Notes: generated by a model not told the origin, from the sequence alone. Counted from the stretch's first letter, positions 9,960 to 21,974 are shown. The stretch is DNA of 62,652 bases from Deltaproteobacteria bacterium (GCA_016219285.1 JACRNJ010000060.1:1-62652); one strand, 5' to 3'. Made by a program: numbers and translations.

Positions 9960-10049
9960 CGTTGCCCGTGTCCGTTATCCGTGTCTGTGAGAAAATATAA
10001 AAAATCGGTCTTGATTTTCACAGTCACGGAACACGGTCACGATTCACGG
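9960..10049. repeat. inverted 6-7 nt array (CCGTGT)n/(TCACGG)n
   Basis: gcccgtgtccgttatccgtgtctgtga ... tcacagtcacggaacacggtcacgattcacgg; same unit at 36802-36873. Confidence 0.85.
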
Positions 10050-10053
10050 TTTC

Positions 10054-12147
10054 TTAACTTGTAACTGCCTTGCCAAGCGCCTCTTTCCTGGAAAGTCTTA
10101 TCTTCCCCTGTTTATCCACTTCCAAAACCTTTACAAGCACCTCGTCGCCTTCCTTTAGCACATCCTTGACATCTTTTACTCTTTCTTCAGACAATTGAGA
10201 TATGTGTATCAGGCCGTCTGTTCCTGGAAATATTTCTACGAATGCGCCGAAGTCCATAATCTTTCTTACCTTGCCAAGATAAATCTTTCCAACCTCCGCC
10301 TCCTGGGTAAGCTCCTTTACCATGGCAATTGCCTTTTGCGCCGCCTCATCGTCAGCAGAGGCAATATTTACCTTTCCTGAATCATCTATATCAATCTTGA
10401 CGCCGGTCTTTTCTATAATACCCTTGATATTCTTTCCACCGGGTCCTATAACATCCTTTATCTTCTCTTGCTTGACATAGATGGTAATAATCCTCGGCGC
10501 ATGTACAGAAAGCTCCGTCCTTGGAGACGATATAGCCTCTTTCATCTTTTTAAGGATATGGAGTCTGCCTTGTTTTGCCTGATATATTGCCTGCCTCAAA
10601 ATCTCTTTTGTCACGCCTGTTATCTTTATGTCCATCTGAAACGCAGTGATTCCGCTTTCTGTGCCGGCAACCTTAAAATCCATATCGCCAAGATGGTCTT
10701 CGTCGCCAAGTATGTCTGAAAGCACAGCAATATTTTCGCCTTCTTTAATCAAGCCCATTGCAATGCCGGCCACAGCGTCTTTTGTAGGAACACCGGCATC
10801 CATCAGGGATAGAGATGCGCCGCATACAGTTGCCATAGATGATGAACCGTTACTCTCCAATATGTCTGAGACAATCCGTATTGTGTAAGGAAACGCGTCA
10901 GCCTCCGGAAGAATCTTTGTTACAGCCCTTTCTGCCAGTGCGCCGTGGCCTACCTCTCTTCTGCCAGGCCCTCTCAGCATCTTCACCTCACCGACAGAGA
11001 ACGGCGGAAAGTTATAATGAAGCATGAAGGTTTTATACTCCCATCCCGATAGGGCATCTATCTTCTGTTCATCTTCTGATGTGCCGAGGGTTGTAACAAC
11101 CATTGCCTGGGTTTCACCTCTGGTAAACAGACCTGATCCATGGGTCCTTGGAAGCAATCCCACCTCGCATGTTATTGGTCTTATATCGGTTAGGCCTCTG
11201 CCGTCTATCCTTATATTTGTAGAAAGCACAGACTTCCTCAATATGTGGTATTTGAGGTCTTCAAATATCTTTGTTATCTCTCCCTCTCTGCCTTCGTAGG
11301 TGGATTTGAGCGCTTGTATCAGTTCTTTGGATATATCGGATAACCTCTGGTATCTGTCCTGTTTGGAGGGGATATTAAGCGCCTCTTTTATTTTAATATC
11401 AGCAAATGCCTTTACCTTTGCTGTCAATTCATTGTCTATGCTGACAGCAGGAACAGGCATCTTTGATTTTCCGATTTCCATGATTATCCTTTGCTGGAGT
11501 TTTATAACCTCCTGCATGGAATCATGGGCAAACATCATGGCATCAAGGAGTTCATCCTCTGACACCATCTTTGCGCCGCCTTCAACCATTATTATTTCAT
11601 CTTGGCTGCCGGCTACTATTAAATCAATATCGCTGCTTTCCTTTTGCTGCTTATATGCAGGGTTGCATATAAACTTTCCGTTTATCCTGCCCACCCGAAC
11701 GGCTGCTATCGGGCTATTAAACGGAATATCAGAAACCATAAGCGCGGTTGAGGCCCCGATCATTGCCGCTATCTCAGGGTCGTTTTCCGGATCGAGCGAA
11801 AGAACTGTGGCAATAATCTGTGTCTCGTTGAAATAACCCTCCGGGAAAAGAGGCCGAAGCGGCCTGTCTATCAGTCTGGAGCAGAGGACTTCTTTTTCGC
11901 TGGGTCTGCCTTCTCTCTTGAAAAACCCGCCAGGAATCTTTCCTGCTGCGTAGGTCATCTCCATATAGTTCACCGTCAGAGGAAGAAAATCTTTGCCTTC
12001 GCTTGCTTGTTTTGCCGCACAAGCAGTAACAAGAACTATTGTATCCCCGTATCTTACTACCGCTGAACCATTCGCCTGCTTGGCCATCTTTCCAATCTCT
12101 ATTGAAATTGGTCTGCCGCCAAAATCTATTTCATACCTCTTTGTCAT
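10054..12147 (-). CDS. pnp: polyribonucleotide nucleotidyltransferase
   Basis: [34 protein letters not shown] and S1 domains. Confidence 0.98.
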   Translation of the reverse strand: MTKRYEIDFGGRPISIEIGKMAKQANGSAVVRYGDTIVLVTACAAKQASEGKDFLPLTVNYMEMTYAAGKIPGGFFKREGRPSEKEVLCSRLIDRPLRPLFPEGYFNETQIIATVLSLDPENDPEIAAMIGASTALMVSDIPFNSPIAAVRVGRINGKFICNPAYKQQKESSDIDLIVAGSQDEIIMVEGGAKMVSEDELLDAMMFAHDSMQEVIKLQQRIIMEIGKSKMPVPAVSIDNELTAKVKAFADIKIKEALNIPSKQDRYQRLSDISKELIQALKSTYEGREGEITKIFEDLKYHILRKSVLSTNIRIDGRGLTDIRPITCEVGLLPRTHGSGLFTRGETQAMVVTTLGTSEDEQKIDALSGWEYKTFMLHYNFPPFSVGEVKMLRGPGRREVGHGALAERAVTKILPEADAFPYTIRIVSDILESNGSSSMATVCGASLSLMDAGVPTKDAVAGIAMGLIKEGENIAVLSDILGDEDHLGDMDFKVAGTESGITAFQMDIKITGVTKEILRQAIYQAKQGRLHILKKMKEAISSPRTELSVHAPRIITIYVKQEKIKDVIGPGGKNIKGIIEKTGVKIDIDDSGKVNIASADDEAAQKAIAMVKELTQEAEVGKIYLGKVRKIMDFGAFVEIFPGTDGLIHISQLSEERVKDVKDVLKEGDEVLVKVLEVDKQGKIRLSRKEALGKAVTS

Positions 12148-12167
12148 TTGGTTTTTTCTCTCCTATG

Positions 12168-12297
12168 AAAGTCAAAGGTCAAAAATCAAATATACGGGGT
12201 CAAGGATTCGAGGATTCAAGTAACGAGTGTTTTCCACTTGAATCCTCGACCCCTCGACCCATGGCCCATGGAACCCTTGATTTTGCCTTTTGCCTTT
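12168..12297. repeat. nested inverted heptamer/octamer arrays
   Basis: Outer (TCAAAAG-like)/(TTTTGCC) arms enclose inner (GGATTCGA)/(TCGACCCC) arms. Confidence 0.8.
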
Positions 12298-12564
12298 TTA
12301 TTTTCTTAAGCCTAATTTACCAATAATAGCCTTGTACCTGTTGATATCGTTTTTCTTCAGATACTCAAGCAGCCTTCTTCTTTGACTAACAAGCTTTAAG
12401 AGGCCTCTTCTGGAATGATGGTCATCCACATGCACCTTGAAATGTTCGGTCAAGTAGTTTACCCTCTCGCTTAACAAGGCAATCTGTACCTCTGGCGAAC
12501 CGGTATCTGCCTCTTTTCGCTTGAAGGTTTTTATAACCTCCTGTTTTCTTTCTTGTGTAAGCAT
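12298..12564 (-). CDS. rpsO: 30S ribosomal protein S15
   Basis: [27 protein letters not shown] 12564 with GGAGG RBS. Confidence 0.98.
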   Translation of the reverse strand: MLTQERKQEVIKTFKRKEADTGSPEVQIALLSERVNYLTEHFKVHVDDHHSRRGLLKLVSQRRRLLEYLKKNDINRYKAIIGKLGLRK

Positions 12565-12595
12565 ACTCTTTTTACCTCCTTTTTTTAACAACATC

Positions 12596-12653
12596 GCGCA
12601 TAGCGACCCACCCCTTCCCCTCCAAGGAGGGGAAGGGGTGGGTCGCTATGCGC
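12596..12653. repeat. perfect 28-bp-arm palindrome (CCCCTCC..GGAGGGG family)
   Basis: GCGCATAGCGACCCACCCCTTCCCCTCC-AA-GGAGGGGAAGGGGTGGGTCGCTATGCGC. Confidence 0.95.
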
Positions 12654-12677
12654 TTCTTCTATTCGCTATTACTTGTT

Positions 12678-13622
12678 CTATTTAAATACCCTCTCCAGTT
12701 TAAAACCGCCACTGCCTTTATATCGGGCAAGGGCAATAATTTTTCCATTGCTGGTAAAGCTTACCATCTCATCGTCTCTAATGGAAGAAGAAAAGTCTAT
12801 TCCTTTAGAAAGGACAGCCGAGGAGGGTCTTACAGCCTTCCCTGCCAGCAGCGTTGGAAGAGGCGCTATGCCATCCATTATTCTGCCCGCTGATGTTGTA
12901 TCAACCTCTATATCATAGATATCTGCAAAAATTCTTTCAATGGAAATAATACTTTTTGCTGCAATATCCTCTTGAAAATTCCTGAGGCTGTCTATTGTAA
13001 TGCTCTGTTTCAGGGAAAACTGCCCGCTCTTTATCCTTCGCAAACTAACGATGTGTGCGCCGCATCCCAGTTTTCTTCCTATGTCAAAGGCAAGGCTTCT
13101 TATATATGTCCCTTTGGAACATACCACCCGAACAGTAACAAATGGAATGGTAATATCATTCACACATATGCTGTAAATCTCTATATCTCTGGGTCTTCTT
13201 TCTACCTCAACTCCCAACCTTGCAAGTTTGTAAAGAGAAATACCATTCATTTTTACCGCTGAAAACATTGGCGGCATCTGCTTTATTTTTCCTTTAAAGC
13301 TATCTATAACAGCAGTTACATTCTTTTTATCCAGAGATGCTGTATCGCATTTTGCCACCACACTGCCTGCGCTATCATAGGTGTCGGTCTCTTCCCCAAG
13401 CTTTATAACAGCGAGGTATTCCTTTTCCCCATCTTCTAAAAATCTGGCAAGCCTTGTAGCATTGTTTATGCAAAGAGGCAGGACACCGCTTGCAATAGGA
13501 TCAAGGGTGCCAATGTGCCCTACCTTTCTTGCCCTTAATATCCTTTTTACAATCATCACAATATCGTGTGATGTAGGCCCTGCCGGTTTATCTATAATCA
13601 AAATACCGTGCTGGCTATCCAT
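12678..13622 (-). CDS. truB: tRNA pseudouridine(55) synthase
   Basis: DKPAGPTSHD, GHIGTLDP, QMPPMFSAVK, CSKGTYIRSL. Confidence 0.96.
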   Translation of the reverse strand: MDSQHGILIIDKPAGPTSHDIVMIVKRILRARKVGHIGTLDPIASGVLPLCINNATRLARFLEDGEKEYLAVIKLGEETDTYDSAGSVVAKCDTASLDKKNVTAVIDSFKGKIKQMPPMFSAVKMNGISLYKLARLGVEVERRPRDIEIYSICVNDITIPFVTVRVVCSKGTYIRSLAFDIGRKLGCGAHIVSLRRIKSGQFSLKQSITIDSLRNFQEDIAAKSIISIERIFADIYDIEVDTTSAGRIMDGIAPLPTLLAGKAVRPSSAVLSKGIDFSSSIRDDEMVSFTSNGKIIALARYKGSGGFKLERVFK

Positions 13623-14595
13623 TTATCTTTCTTTCCGTCGCCTGTATTACCTTTTCCTTAACTTCCTGAAGGCTGCCTTTTATGTTGCACCCTGCAGCAT
13701 TCATGTGGCCGCCGCCGCCAAACTCCTGCGAAATATCAGCCACATCTATTCTGCCTTTAGACCTGAAGCTTATCTTATATTCACCAGGCCTTGCTTCTCT
13801 AAAAAGCACACCAACTTCAACTCCCTCAACAGTCCTCGCATAATTTACAAAACCGTCAACTATGTCCTTAGCTGCATTTACCTTATTCAACATATCAAGT
13901 GTAACAATCAAGGATGCCACCTTACCATCTCCTGTAACCTCTAATGTATTTAAGACTGAGGCAAGGAGTGTTAATTTGTTCAGAGGATTACTCTCATATA
14001 TCCTTTGAGATATATCCCACGGTTTTACTCCAAGCCCAACCATTTCTCCGGCAATCCTAAATGCCTTTGGAGTGCTGCTGCTGTATCTAAATGAGCCTGT
14101 GTCTGTCAGTATTGAAACATATATATCAGTTGCTATATCACTGGTTATCCCAACATTTATTTCCTTTAAAAGGTCATAGACCATCTCCCCGGCGGCACAG
14201 GCATCATCATCTATCACATTTATATCGCCAAAACAGTCATTTGTAGTATGATGGTCAATATTGATAAGCTTTCCTTTATTTTTAATCTTGTTAAAATCCT
14301 CGCCAAGCCTGTCTTTCTGTCCGCAGTCTACAACAAGAACAGCATCGTATATCTTGTCTTCATTTATCCTATTTACTACCTTATCTGCAAAAGGGAGGAA
14401 TTCAAAGACTTTGGGGACAGGGTCGTACAAATACGCGGTTACATCCTTGTTAAGTTCTTTCAATCCAATGGCAAGGGCAAGCGTTGAGCCTACAGCATCC
14501 CCTTCGGGGTTGACATGGGAAGATATTAGAAAGGTTTGCCCATTTTTTATTTCATTGATTACTTGCTCGAATTTGTTGCTCACATTTAATCTCAC
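13615..14595 (-). CDS. nrnA: DHH/DHHA1 phosphoesterase (bifunctional oligoribonuclease/PAP phosphatase)
   Basis: H-NPEGDAVGS, IDHH, DTGSF, GGGHMNAAG. Confidence 0.9.
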   Translation of the reverse strand: MRLNVSNKFEQVINEIKNGQTFLISSHVNPEGDAVGSTLALAIGLKELNKDVTAYLYDPVPKVFEFLPFADKVVNRINEDKIYDAVLVVDCGQKDRLGEDFNKIKNKGKLINIDHHTTNDCFGDINVIDDDACAAGEMVYDLLKEINVGITSDIATDIYVSILTDTGSFRYSSSTPKAFRIAGEMVGLGVKPWDISQRIYESNPLNKLTLLASVLNTLEVTGDGKVASLIVTLDMLNKVNAAKDIVDGFVNYARTVEGVEVGVLFREARPGEYKISFRSKGRIDVADISQEFGGGGHMNAAGCNIKGSLQEVKEKVIQATERKING

Positions 14596-14602
14596 ATGAA
14601 TA

Positions 14603-14730
14603 AATTTCTAATTTCTAAATCCTAATTCCTAATAAAATGTCAAAAAACATAAATTATAAATTGGGTTATCGGACACTTAGTTGGAAACATGTCCCCGAAG
14701 GCCTTCATCGGGGATTAGACATTAGGATTT
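14603..14730. repeat. inverted heptamer array containing a CCCCGA..TCGGGG hairpin (14692-14714)
   Basis: (ATTTCTA/ATCCTA) units ... (TTAGACA/TTAGGAT) units with TCCCCGAAGGCCTTCATCGGGGA inside. Confidence 0.75.
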
Positions 14731-14741
14731 AAAAATTGTAT

Positions 14742-15086
14742 TTAAGCGCCTTTAATCTCCTTGATAATAGTCTCTATGCGGCTGGCATATTCCAGTGAAT
14801 CGTCAAACTTGAATGTAAGCTCCGGCATGCATCTTAATTTAAGCCTTTTCCCAAGTTCTCTTTTGATATAGCCGCTTGCACTCTTAAACCCTTCCATGGT
14901 TTTTTCTTTGTCTTCACCGCTGCCAATCATGCTGAAATAGACCTTAGCCTGACGCAGATCTTTTGAAAGTATTACCTTTGTTATAGTAACAAAACCGACC
15001 CTGGGGTCATGAATCTCTCCGAAGAGCATTGTTGCAACCTCTTTCCTTATCTCTTCGCCAACTCTATCAGAACGGTTGTAAGTCAT
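14742..15086 (-). CDS. rbfA: ribosome-binding factor A
   Basis: RSDRVGEEI, DPRVGFVTIT, DLRQAKVY, LRCMPELTFKFD. Confidence 0.96.
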   Translation of the reverse strand: MTYNRSDRVGEEIRKEVATMLFGEIHDPRVGFVTITKVILSKDLRQAKVYFSMIGSGEDKEKTMEGFKSASGYIKRELGKRLKLRCMPELTFKFDDSLEYASRIETIIKEIKGA

Positions 15087-15091
15087 ATCTC

Positions 15092-15170
15092 AAGAAATCA
15101 GAAGCAAGATGCAAGATGCCATATAGAGAAGATGCTGTTTTTTTCTGGCTTCTTGCCTCTTGCTTCTTGC
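15092..15170. repeat. inverted heptamer array (GCAAGAT)/(TCTTGCT)
   Basis: agaagcaagatgcaagatgc ... tctggcttcttgcctcttgcttcttgc. Confidence 0.85.
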
Positions 15171-15172
15171 AA

Positions 15173-17542
15173 CTATAGCTTAGCTGCCACCTCTTCCATC
15201 TGGTAAGATTCTATAATATCGCCTACCTTAATATCGTTAAATCCTTCTATGGCAATTCCGCATTCATAACCCGATGCAACTTCTTTAACATCATCCTTGA
15301 ATCTCTTCAAAGAGGCCATCTTTCCATCATATATTACTACATTGTCCCTTATAAGTCTTACCCTGCTGCCCCTCGGTATTTTGCCTGCAACTACATAACA
15401 TCCAGCCACAGTTCCCACCTTTGAGACACGGAATGCCTCTCTTACCTCTGCCCGGCCCATGATATTTTCTTTTATGGTTGGCGCCAGCATGCCTTCCATA
15501 GCTTTTTTAATATCATCTATCAATTCGTATATGATGCTGTAAAGCCGTAAGTCCACACCCTCTTTTTCTGCAAGAGACTGAGCCTTTGGTTCAGGCCTTA
15601 CATTGAAGCCAACCACTATTGCATTGGATGCGGCGCCCAGCATCACATCGCCTTCTGTAATACCCCCCACTGCGCTGTGGATAATATTGACTTTTATAGC
15701 ATCTGTTGGAAGCTTATTTATTACCTCCTTTACCGCTTCTACAGAACCCTGAACATCGCCCTTTACAACAACGCCAAGTTCCTTAACCTCGCCCTGTTTA
15801 ATCTTTTCATATAGCTCTGCAAGGCTTATCTTTGCCGTCTTTTTAAGCTCCGCCTCCTGCTTCTTTTTAAACCGTATGCCGGCAATCTGTTTTGCAGTTA
15901 CCTCATCCCGTACAACAGCAAATACATCTCCCGCCTCGGGAACGCCGGAAAGCCCCAACACTTCTACTGGCATAGAGGGGCCGGCATATTCCACCTTTTT
16001 TCCCCAATCGTTTATCATTGCCCTGACCCTTCCTGAATGCGCCCCGCTTACAAATGCATCGCCTGTCCTCACAGTCCCCTCATGTATTAAAACTGTTGCA
16101 ACAGGCCCGCGGCCTTTATCAAGCTTTGCTTCAACAATAGCGCCCTTGCCAGGTTTCTTAGGATTTGCCTTCAATTCTAATACATCGGCCTGCAGAAGGA
16201 TAAGCTCCAGCAGCTCTTTTATGCCAATTCCCTTCTTTGCAGAGACCTCGGCAAATATTGTATCTCCACCCCATGCCTCCGCCACAAGCCCATATTCTGT
16301 CAATGCCTGCCTTATCTTATTAGGTTCAGCGCCAGGGATGTCAATCTTATTTATTGCAACAATTATGGGGACATTTGCAGCTTTGGCATGATTTACCGCC
16401 TCTATTGTCTGCGGCATAACTCCATCATCTGCCGCTACTACAAGCACTACTATATCAGTTACCTTTGCGCCTCTGGCCCTCATGGCTGTGAACGCTTCAT
16501 GACCTGGGGTGTCAAGAAATGTTATATCGCCCTTGTCAAGATGAACGTGGTAGGCGCCTATATGCTGAGTTATCCCTCCTGCCTCGCCAGCTGCAACATT
16601 TGTCTTCCTTATGGCATCAAGAAGGGAGGTCTTGCCGTGGTCAACATGACCCATAACAGTTACAACCGGAGGTCTTGTCTTCAATTCACCATCTACCTCT
16701 GAAATATCCTCAAGGAGCAATTCTTCCTGCGGGGCAATACTCTCCACCTCATATCCAAAATCATGGGCAACCAATGCGGCTGCATCTGCATCTATGAACT
16801 GGTTTATTGTAACCATTATACCGAGGTCCATAAGCTTTTTTATAATATCGCCGGCCTTTATGCCAAGCCTCTGAGAGATATCCCCCACACTTATGGCATC
16901 TGTTACTTTTATAACCCTCTTTGCCGCCTTTGGTGTCGTTATCTCGGTCTTCTTAAGCTCTCTCTCTCTCGGAGGCGGTTTAATTTTATTAAATTTTTCA
17001 AGCCTTTCAAATTTGCCTCTCTTGCCAAAAGTTCCTCTTTTTTCATACTGTTTCTTCTTTACAGGCCTTTCTGTAGAGACAATCTTTATTTCTGTTTTAA
17101 CATGTTTCTCTTTAGATATTTCTCTTGGTACTGCGCCTTCTGGGATAAAAGAAGCAGTTTGCGCCTCCTGTGAAGGAATTTGTTCTGCCTTAATTGGTTT
17201 GGCAGCCGATGCTTCTTTTCCTGCAATCACTGAGACATGCATTTCTCCCTTTTTCTTTGTCTTTGTTGGAGCAGGTTCTCTTACATGTTTCTCTGAGGAA
17301 ATAGTCTCAACAACTTTTTCCACTTTAGCAGTTTTTTTGAACTCCGCCTCTGCCTTAACCTCTGGCTTCTTTGCCGATTCCTTGAATTCACCGGCTTCCT
17401 TGGCAGTCTCTTTTTTCTCGGCCTCGCTAGGCTCTGCCGCCCTCCTTCTGATAACAGTAGGCTTTACCCGTTTTTCTTCTACTTTTTTACCTGCCTGCAC
17501 AGGCAGGTCAGTTTTTTCTTGCTCTTTCTTTTTATCTGGCAT
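15173..17542 (-). CDS. infB: translation initiation factor IF-2
   Basis: [28 protein letters not shown]. Confidence 0.98.
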   Translation of the reverse strand: MPDKKKEQEKTDLPVQAGKKVEEKRVKPTVIRRRAAEPSEAEKKETAKEAGEFKESAKKPEVKAEAEFKKTAKVEKVVETISSEKHVREPAPTKTKKKGEMHVSVIAGKEASAAKPIKAEQIPSQEAQTASFIPEGAVPREISKEKHVKTEIKIVSTERPVKKKQYEKRGTFGKRGKFERLEKFNKIKPPPRERELKKTEITTPKAAKRVIKVTDAISVGDISQRLGIKAGDIIKKLMDLGIMVTINQFIDADAAALVAHDFGYEVESIAPQEELLLEDISEVDGELKTRPPVVTVMGHVDHGKTSLLDAIRKTNVAAGEAGGITQHIGAYHVHLDKGDITFLDTPGHEAFTAMRARGAKVTDIVVLVVAADDGVMPQTIEAVNHAKAANVPIIVAINKIDIPGAEPNKIRQALTEYGLVAEAWGGDTIFAEVSAKKGIGIKELLELILLQADVLELKANPKKPGKGAIVEAKLDKGRGPVATVLIHEGTVRTGDAFVSGAHSGRVRAMINDWGKKVEYAGPSMPVEVLGLSGVPEAGDVFAVVRDEVTAKQIAGIRFKKKQEAELKKTAKISLAELYEKIKQGEVKELGVVVKGDVQGSVEAVKEVINKLPTDAIKVNIIHSAVGGITEGDVMLGAASNAIVVGFNVRPEPKAQSLAEKEGVDLRLYSIIYELIDDIKKAMEGMLAPTIKENIMGRAEVREAFRVSKVGTVAGCYVVAGKIPRGSRVRLIRDNVVIYDGKMASLKRFKDDVKEVASGYECGIAIEGFNDIKVGDIIESYQMEEVAAKL

Positions 17543-17568
17543 TGTTTTTATATTAACCCCTTAATAAT

Positions 17569-17634
17569 AGTAAGCAGTATGGAGTAAGGAGTATGCATTA
17601 ACTGTTTACTGCCTACTGTTTACTGCTTACTGCT
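17569..17634. repeat. inverted heptamer array (AGTAAGC)/(TACTGCT)
   Basis: agtaagcagtatggagtaaggagta ... actgtttactgcctactgtttactgcttactgc; supplies the nusA stop. Confidence 0.85.
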
Positions 17635-18921
17635 TTCCTGTGCCGCTTCCAATACCTTTTCAGCCTTTTTCAAACCAATACCATCTATTGTGGAAAGCTT
17701 TTCTATCCCTGCATTCAACACATCTGATACTGTATTCAATCCGGCATTCTTAAGAACATCCCTTGTTTTCGGCCCAACACCGGGAAGAGATGATATGTCT
17801 TCGTCATCTGTCTTCCTTGGTTCCTCTTGTTTAGGTGTTTCTTCTGAAGCTCCAGCGCCTTCTATGCCTGCCTGTTCCATTGCAATCTTTTTTACCTCTG
17901 TCTCACTATGGATATCTATCTTCCACCCTGTGAGTTTTGCAGCCAGCCGGACATTTTGCCCTCTCTTGCCTATAGCCAGAGAAAGCTGGTCATCCGGCAC
18001 TATAACCTCCATGGAATGGTCTGTCTCATCCATAATAACTCTGACTATATGGGCAGGCAATAACGCATTGCATATAAATTTTGCAGGCTCGTCAGACCAC
18101 GCAACTATATCAATCTTCTCGCCTCGCAATTCCTGCACAACTGCCTGGACCCTTGAACCCTTAACACCAACACATGCGCCGACAGGGTCAACTGCCTGAT
18201 CATTCGACGATACGGATATCTTTGTCCTGTCTCCAGCCTCCCTCGCAACACCTTTTATATTGATAATACCTTCATATATTTCAGGCACCTCCATCTCAAA
18301 GAGCTTTGCTACCAAATTTGGATGTGTCCTTGAAAGTACAATCTGAGGCCCTTTTTGCACATTTCTGACATCTAATATGAATGTTCTGATCCTGTCACCC
18401 TGTCGGTAATTTTCTCTCTTAATCTGTTCTTCCTTTGGAAGAACCGCCTCAGCCCTTCCCATGTCTATAAGGATATCTCCTCTTTCAAATGTATGAACTA
18501 TCCCTGTTACAATTTCACCTCGTTTATTTGTATACTCATCATATACAATATTTCTTTCAGCCTCCCTCATCTTCTGAATAATAATCTGCTTCGCAGTTTG
18601 CGCAGCAATCCTGCCGAACTCGCTGGTGTCAAGTTTTATGCCAAGGCTGTCTCCGACAGCTGCCTCTGGGTCAAATTCATGCGCCTCTCCTATCGATATC
18701 TCCTTATCATGGTTTGAAATATGTTCAACAACTGTCTTAAATTGAAAAAGCTCTATCTCCCCTAATTCCTCATTAAAATGCGCCTCTATAACCTTATGTG
18801 GCCCATGTTTTTTTTCAGCCGCCTTGACCATAGCAGCTTCAAGGGCTTCTACAAGTATGGCTTTATCAAGCCCCTTATCCTTGCCAACCTGTTCAATTAC
18901 ATTATTAAGATTAAGTCCCAT
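17620..18921 (-). CDS. nusA: transcription termination/antitermination factor NusA
   Basis: FGRIAAQTAKQ, S1, KH domains (DPVGACVG, AIGKRGQNVRLA), C-terminal HhH. Confidence 0.98.
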   Translation of the reverse strand: MGLNLNNVIEQVGKDKGLDKAILVEALEAAMVKAAEKKHGPHKVIEAHFNEELGEIELFQFKTVVEHISNHDKEISIGEAHEFDPEAAVGDSLGIKLDTSEFGRIAAQTAKQIIIQKMREAERNIVYDEYTNKRGEIVTGIVHTFERGDILIDMGRAEAVLPKEEQIKRENYRQGDRIRTFILDVRNVQKGPQIVLSRTHPNLVAKLFEMEVPEIYEGIINIKGVAREAGDRTKISVSSNDQAVDPVGACVGVKGSRVQAVVQELRGEKIDIVAWSDEPAKFICNALLPAHIVRVIMDETDHSMEVIVPDDQLSLAIGKRGQNVRLAAKLTGWKIDIHSETEVKKIAMEQAGIEGAGASEETPKQEEPRKTDDEDISSLPGVGPKTRDVLKNAGLNTVSDVLNAGIEKLSTIDGIGLKKAEKVLEAAQESSKQ

Positions 18922-18939
18922 AAAAAACCTCCCACCCAA

Positions 18940-18993
18940 GATTTACGATTTTAGATTTGAGATTTTTAAATCGTAATTCGTAAATCATAAATC
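18940..18993. repeat. inverted heptamer array (TTTACGA)/(TCGTAAA)
   Basis: gatttacgattttagatttgagattttt aaatcgtaattcgtaaatcataaatc. Confidence 0.9.
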
Positions 18994-19456
18994 ATAATTG
19001 TATCTCCAGCCTTGCCTTATCAATATCGTTAAAGGGTATCTCCCATCTTTTGCCTTCGCTGTCTATCAAAAAAACCATGCCTTCTTTAAAATCATCCAGT
19101 ATTGCCAGAAAGTTTCTCCTGCCCAGTATCGGCTGTTTTGTCTTAATCTTTACCTTTCTGCCCTTATACCTTACGAAATCCTTTTCTCTCGTTAGGGCTC
19201 TGTCAAGGCCGGGAGAGGATACCTCAAGGGTATAACTATGGTGAATAATATCCTTTACTTCCAGTATAGTCCCAAGCTCAGCGCTAACATCACCGCAGTC
19301 GTCAACTGTTATCCCTTCCTGTTTATCTATAAAAAACCTAAGAACCCATCGCCCATGCTCCATTTTATATTCAATATCAACGAGCTCCATCCCTTTTTCC
19401 AGCAGAACAGGCTCTGCTAATTCCCTTACCTGCAATATTACATCTTCTACCTTCAA
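18992..19456 (-). CDS. rimP: ribosome maturation factor RimP
   Basis: GITVDDC, YTLEVSSPGLDR. TTG start at 19456 with GGAG RBS (the ORF-track start at 19507 lies in the leader hairpin). Confidence 0.95.
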   Translation of the reverse strand: MKVEDVILQVRELAEPVLLEKGMELVDIEYKMEHGRWVLRFFIDKQEGITVDDCGDVSAELGTILEVKDIIHHSYTLEVSSPGLDRALTREKDFVRYKGRKVKIKTKQPILGRRNFLAILDDFKEGMVFLIDSEGKRWEIPFNDIDKARLEIQL

Positions 19457-19485
19457 AATACACTCCAAAAACAATGCCCTTAAAT

Positions 19486-19512
19486 AAAAAAGCGGGCATA
19501 AGCCCACTTTTT
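19486..19512 (-). promoter_or_regulatory. rimP-leader hairpin
   Basis: AAAAGTGGGCTTATGCCCGCTTTTTT on the minus strand directly upstream of rimP, resembling the conserved GTGGG..CCCAC rimP leader. Confidence 0.7.
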
Positions 19513-19792
19513 AAAAAACATCAGTTAAGAAAACTATCATAAAAGTTTTTGTATTGCAAGTAAAAAGTTTATTTTTTGTTTTGTTATTTTATTTTGCAGA
19601 AGTTCATTGCTCATTTGTTTTTCAGTGTAGTTTTTCCATTACATTCTGGCTTATAGACCATCTTTACCCTTGCCTTTATTAACACTTATTGATATTTTTA
19701 AAATATTCTGACACATATATAAAAAATATATTGCGGCTAGCCTGAAATATCAGTTTGCCTCACAAAGTGAAACTCTCTCTGCTTTAGAAGAA

Positions 19793-21007
19793 ATGACAAG
19801 TAATGAAATGAATTTTCATATGAAGGATAGAAAAATAGACAGGGTAGTTCTGCTTATTCTTGATAGTGTAGGTATAGGTGAATTGCCGGATGCGAAAGAT
19901 TATAAAGATAAAGGAAGCAATACCCTTGGAAATATAATCAAAACCCTTGGAGGCATTGCTATGCCAAATCTTGAAGCCATGGGCATGGGCCTTATTCAAG
20001 GTGTCGAAGGGCTTAAAAAATTTAGCAATCCAATTGCCTCTTATGGCAGAATGGCGGAGGCATCTCAAGGCAAAGATACTTCTACAGGCCACTGGGAGAT
20101 TACAGGGCTTGTCCTTGATAAACCTTTTCCAACATATCCCAATGGTTTTCCAAAAGAAATAATGAACAGGTTTAAGAAAGCTACGGGCCTTGATTACCTG
20201 GGAAACAGGGCAGCCTCTGGCACAGAGATTATAAAAGAACTTGGCGAGGAACATATTAAAACAGGCAAACCAATCGTATATACCTCTGCCGACAGTGTTT
20301 TCCAGATTGCGGCACACGAAGATATAATACCTGTTGCTCGGCTGTATGAGATATGCAAGATTGCAAGAAAGATTGTTAATAAATATAACATCGGCAGGGT
20401 CATAGCAAGGCCGTTTGCTGGCGGCAAAGGCTCATTTAAAAGAAGCGAACATAGAAAGGATTTTTCTTTAACTCCAACAGGCGAAACAATTTTGGACAAA
20501 TTAAAGGAGAGCGGGTTTCCTGTCATCGGTATTGGCAAGATAGGCGATATATATGGACATCGCGGACTTACACAAGAGATACATACAAAGAATAATATGG
20601 ACGGGGTTAATAAAACCATAGATGCGATAAGGAAAATAAAGAAAGGCCTCATATTCACAAACCTTGTTGACTTCGACATGCTCTATGGCCATAGGAATGA
20701 TGCGATAGGTTATGCAAAGGCGCTGGAGGAAGTTGATAAGCGGATACCTGATATGCTTAATCTTTTAACTGATGGTGATATGCTTATCATAACTGCCGAC
20801 CACGGGTGTGACCCAACAACCCCTTCAACAGACCATTCCAGAGAATATGTTCCACTGCTTGTCTACGGCAAAAAATTAAAACCTGGTATTAACCTTGGAA
20901 CGCGAAAAACCTTTGCCGATGCGGGGCAGACAATTGCAGAGGCGCTTGAGGTAGGCAGGATAAATAACGGAAGTTCGTTCTTACAAAAGATAATCTCCCA
21001 AAAATAG
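19793..21007 (+). CDS. deoB: phosphopentomutase
   Basis: [51 protein letters not shown]. Confidence 0.96.
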   Translation: MTSNEMNFHMKDRKIDRVVLLILDSVGIGELPDAKDYKDKGSNTLGNIIKTLGGIAMPNLEAMGMGLIQGVEGLKKFSNPIASYGRMAEASQGKDTSTGHWEITGLVLDKPFPTYPNGFPKEIMNRFKKATGLDYLGNRAASGTEIIKELGEEHIKTGKPIVYTSADSVFQIAAHEDIIPVARLYEICKIARKIVNKYNIGRVIARPFAGGKGSFKRSEHRKDFSLTPTGETILDKLKESGFPVIGIGKIGDIYGHRGLTQEIHTKNNMDGVNKTIDAIRKIKKGLIFTNLVDFDMLYGHRNDAIGYAKALEEVDKRIPDMLNLLTDGDMLIITADHGCDPTTPSTDHSREYVPLLVYGKKLKPGINLGTRKTFADAGQTIAEALEVGRINNGSSFLQKIISQK

Positions 21008-21248
21008 ACATTGTTTTTTGGGGAAACCTGCAAGTCCTTGACAGACGTTTCACCTGTCAAGGGCAAGTTGCCTGCCAGACAACACACCCCTAAATCCCCT
21101 ATCGAGAGGGGACTAAAGGGGTGGGTTGTGAGGAGTAAAAATTGGCCGATAACGAAGTATGGCAGGCAAATCGACTGGCTCCACTTGCTGCGAAGCGATT
21201 GCAAGTGGAAGATGTAAAATAGCGAGTGTTTCAATCGCTATTTTACGG
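20997..21248 (+). repeat. MITE-like structured element, family A copy 2
   Basis: Same ends and CCTTGACAG hairpin as 1602-1817, plus inserted CCCCT..AGGGG and CCACTTGC..GCAAGTGG hairpins. Contains the deoB stop. Confidence 0.85.
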
Positions 21249-21362
21249 TAATCTGAATCTATTTTAAAAGTATCTATTAACGTGCCATATTGTCATTCCT
21301 GTAAAAATTGTTGATGCAAAAGCAGGGAAAGCACATCCATAGGGTGTTGAATTTACTGTTAC

Positions 21363-21974
21363 CTAAAACCTTACATATCCTTTTTTTTCAAGGTAACTAA
21401 TTATAGCCCTTGTTGATTCCTCGACAGACATCTCTGATGTATTAATTATAATCTCTGGGTTTAAAGGTTCTTCATACGGCGCTGATATGCCTGTAAATTC
21501 CTTTACCTCGCCTGCCCTGGCTTTTTTATACAGCCCTTTGGTGTCTCTCTGCTCGCACACCTCTATTGGGCATTTCACATATACCTCAATAAATTCATCC
21601 TCTTTTTGAAGTTTTCTGGCATTTTCCCTGTCCTGCCTATCGGGTGATATAAAGGCTGTTATCGTTATGATGTTTGCATCTGTAAAAAGCTTTGCCACCT
21701 CGCCAATTCTGCGGATATTTTCGGAACGGTCTTCTGGTGAAAAACCAAGGTTTTTATTCAGGCCGTGACGAATATTGTCGCCGTCAAGTATATATGCCTG
21801 ATGTCTGTTTTCAAGCAAGGCATGCTCTAATTCAACTGCAATGGTTGACTTTCCTGAACCTGACAAACCGGTCAGCCATATAGTCACGCCCTTTTGTTTC
21901 ATCAGATTTATCCTGTCCTGTTTTGTAATCTTTCCATGATGCCATTTGATGTTCGTAGCCTTTTGCTGTGTCAT
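21363..21974 (-). CDS. cysC: adenylyl-sulfate kinase
   Basis: [41 protein letters not shown]. Confidence 0.96.
   Translation of the reverse strand: MTQQKATNIKWHHGKITKQDRINLMKQKGVTIWLTGLSGSGKSTIAVELEHALLENRHQAYILDGDNIRHGLNKNLGFSPEDRSENIRRIGEVAKLFTDANIITITAFISPDRQDRENARKLQKEDEFIEVYVKCPIEVCEQRDTKGLYKKARAGEVKEFTGISAPYEEPLNPEIIINTSEMSVEESTRAIISYLEKKGYVRF

Noticed and set aside
10195-18717. Many antisense ORFs over pnp, truB, infB and nusA (and over other core genes)
   Set aside because: Shadow frames of well-supported genes with no motifs.
21011-21217. 68-aa ORF, and similar ORFs at 21968-22198, 21971-22159 and 53273-53545
   Set aside because: They are translations of MITE/REP sequence.
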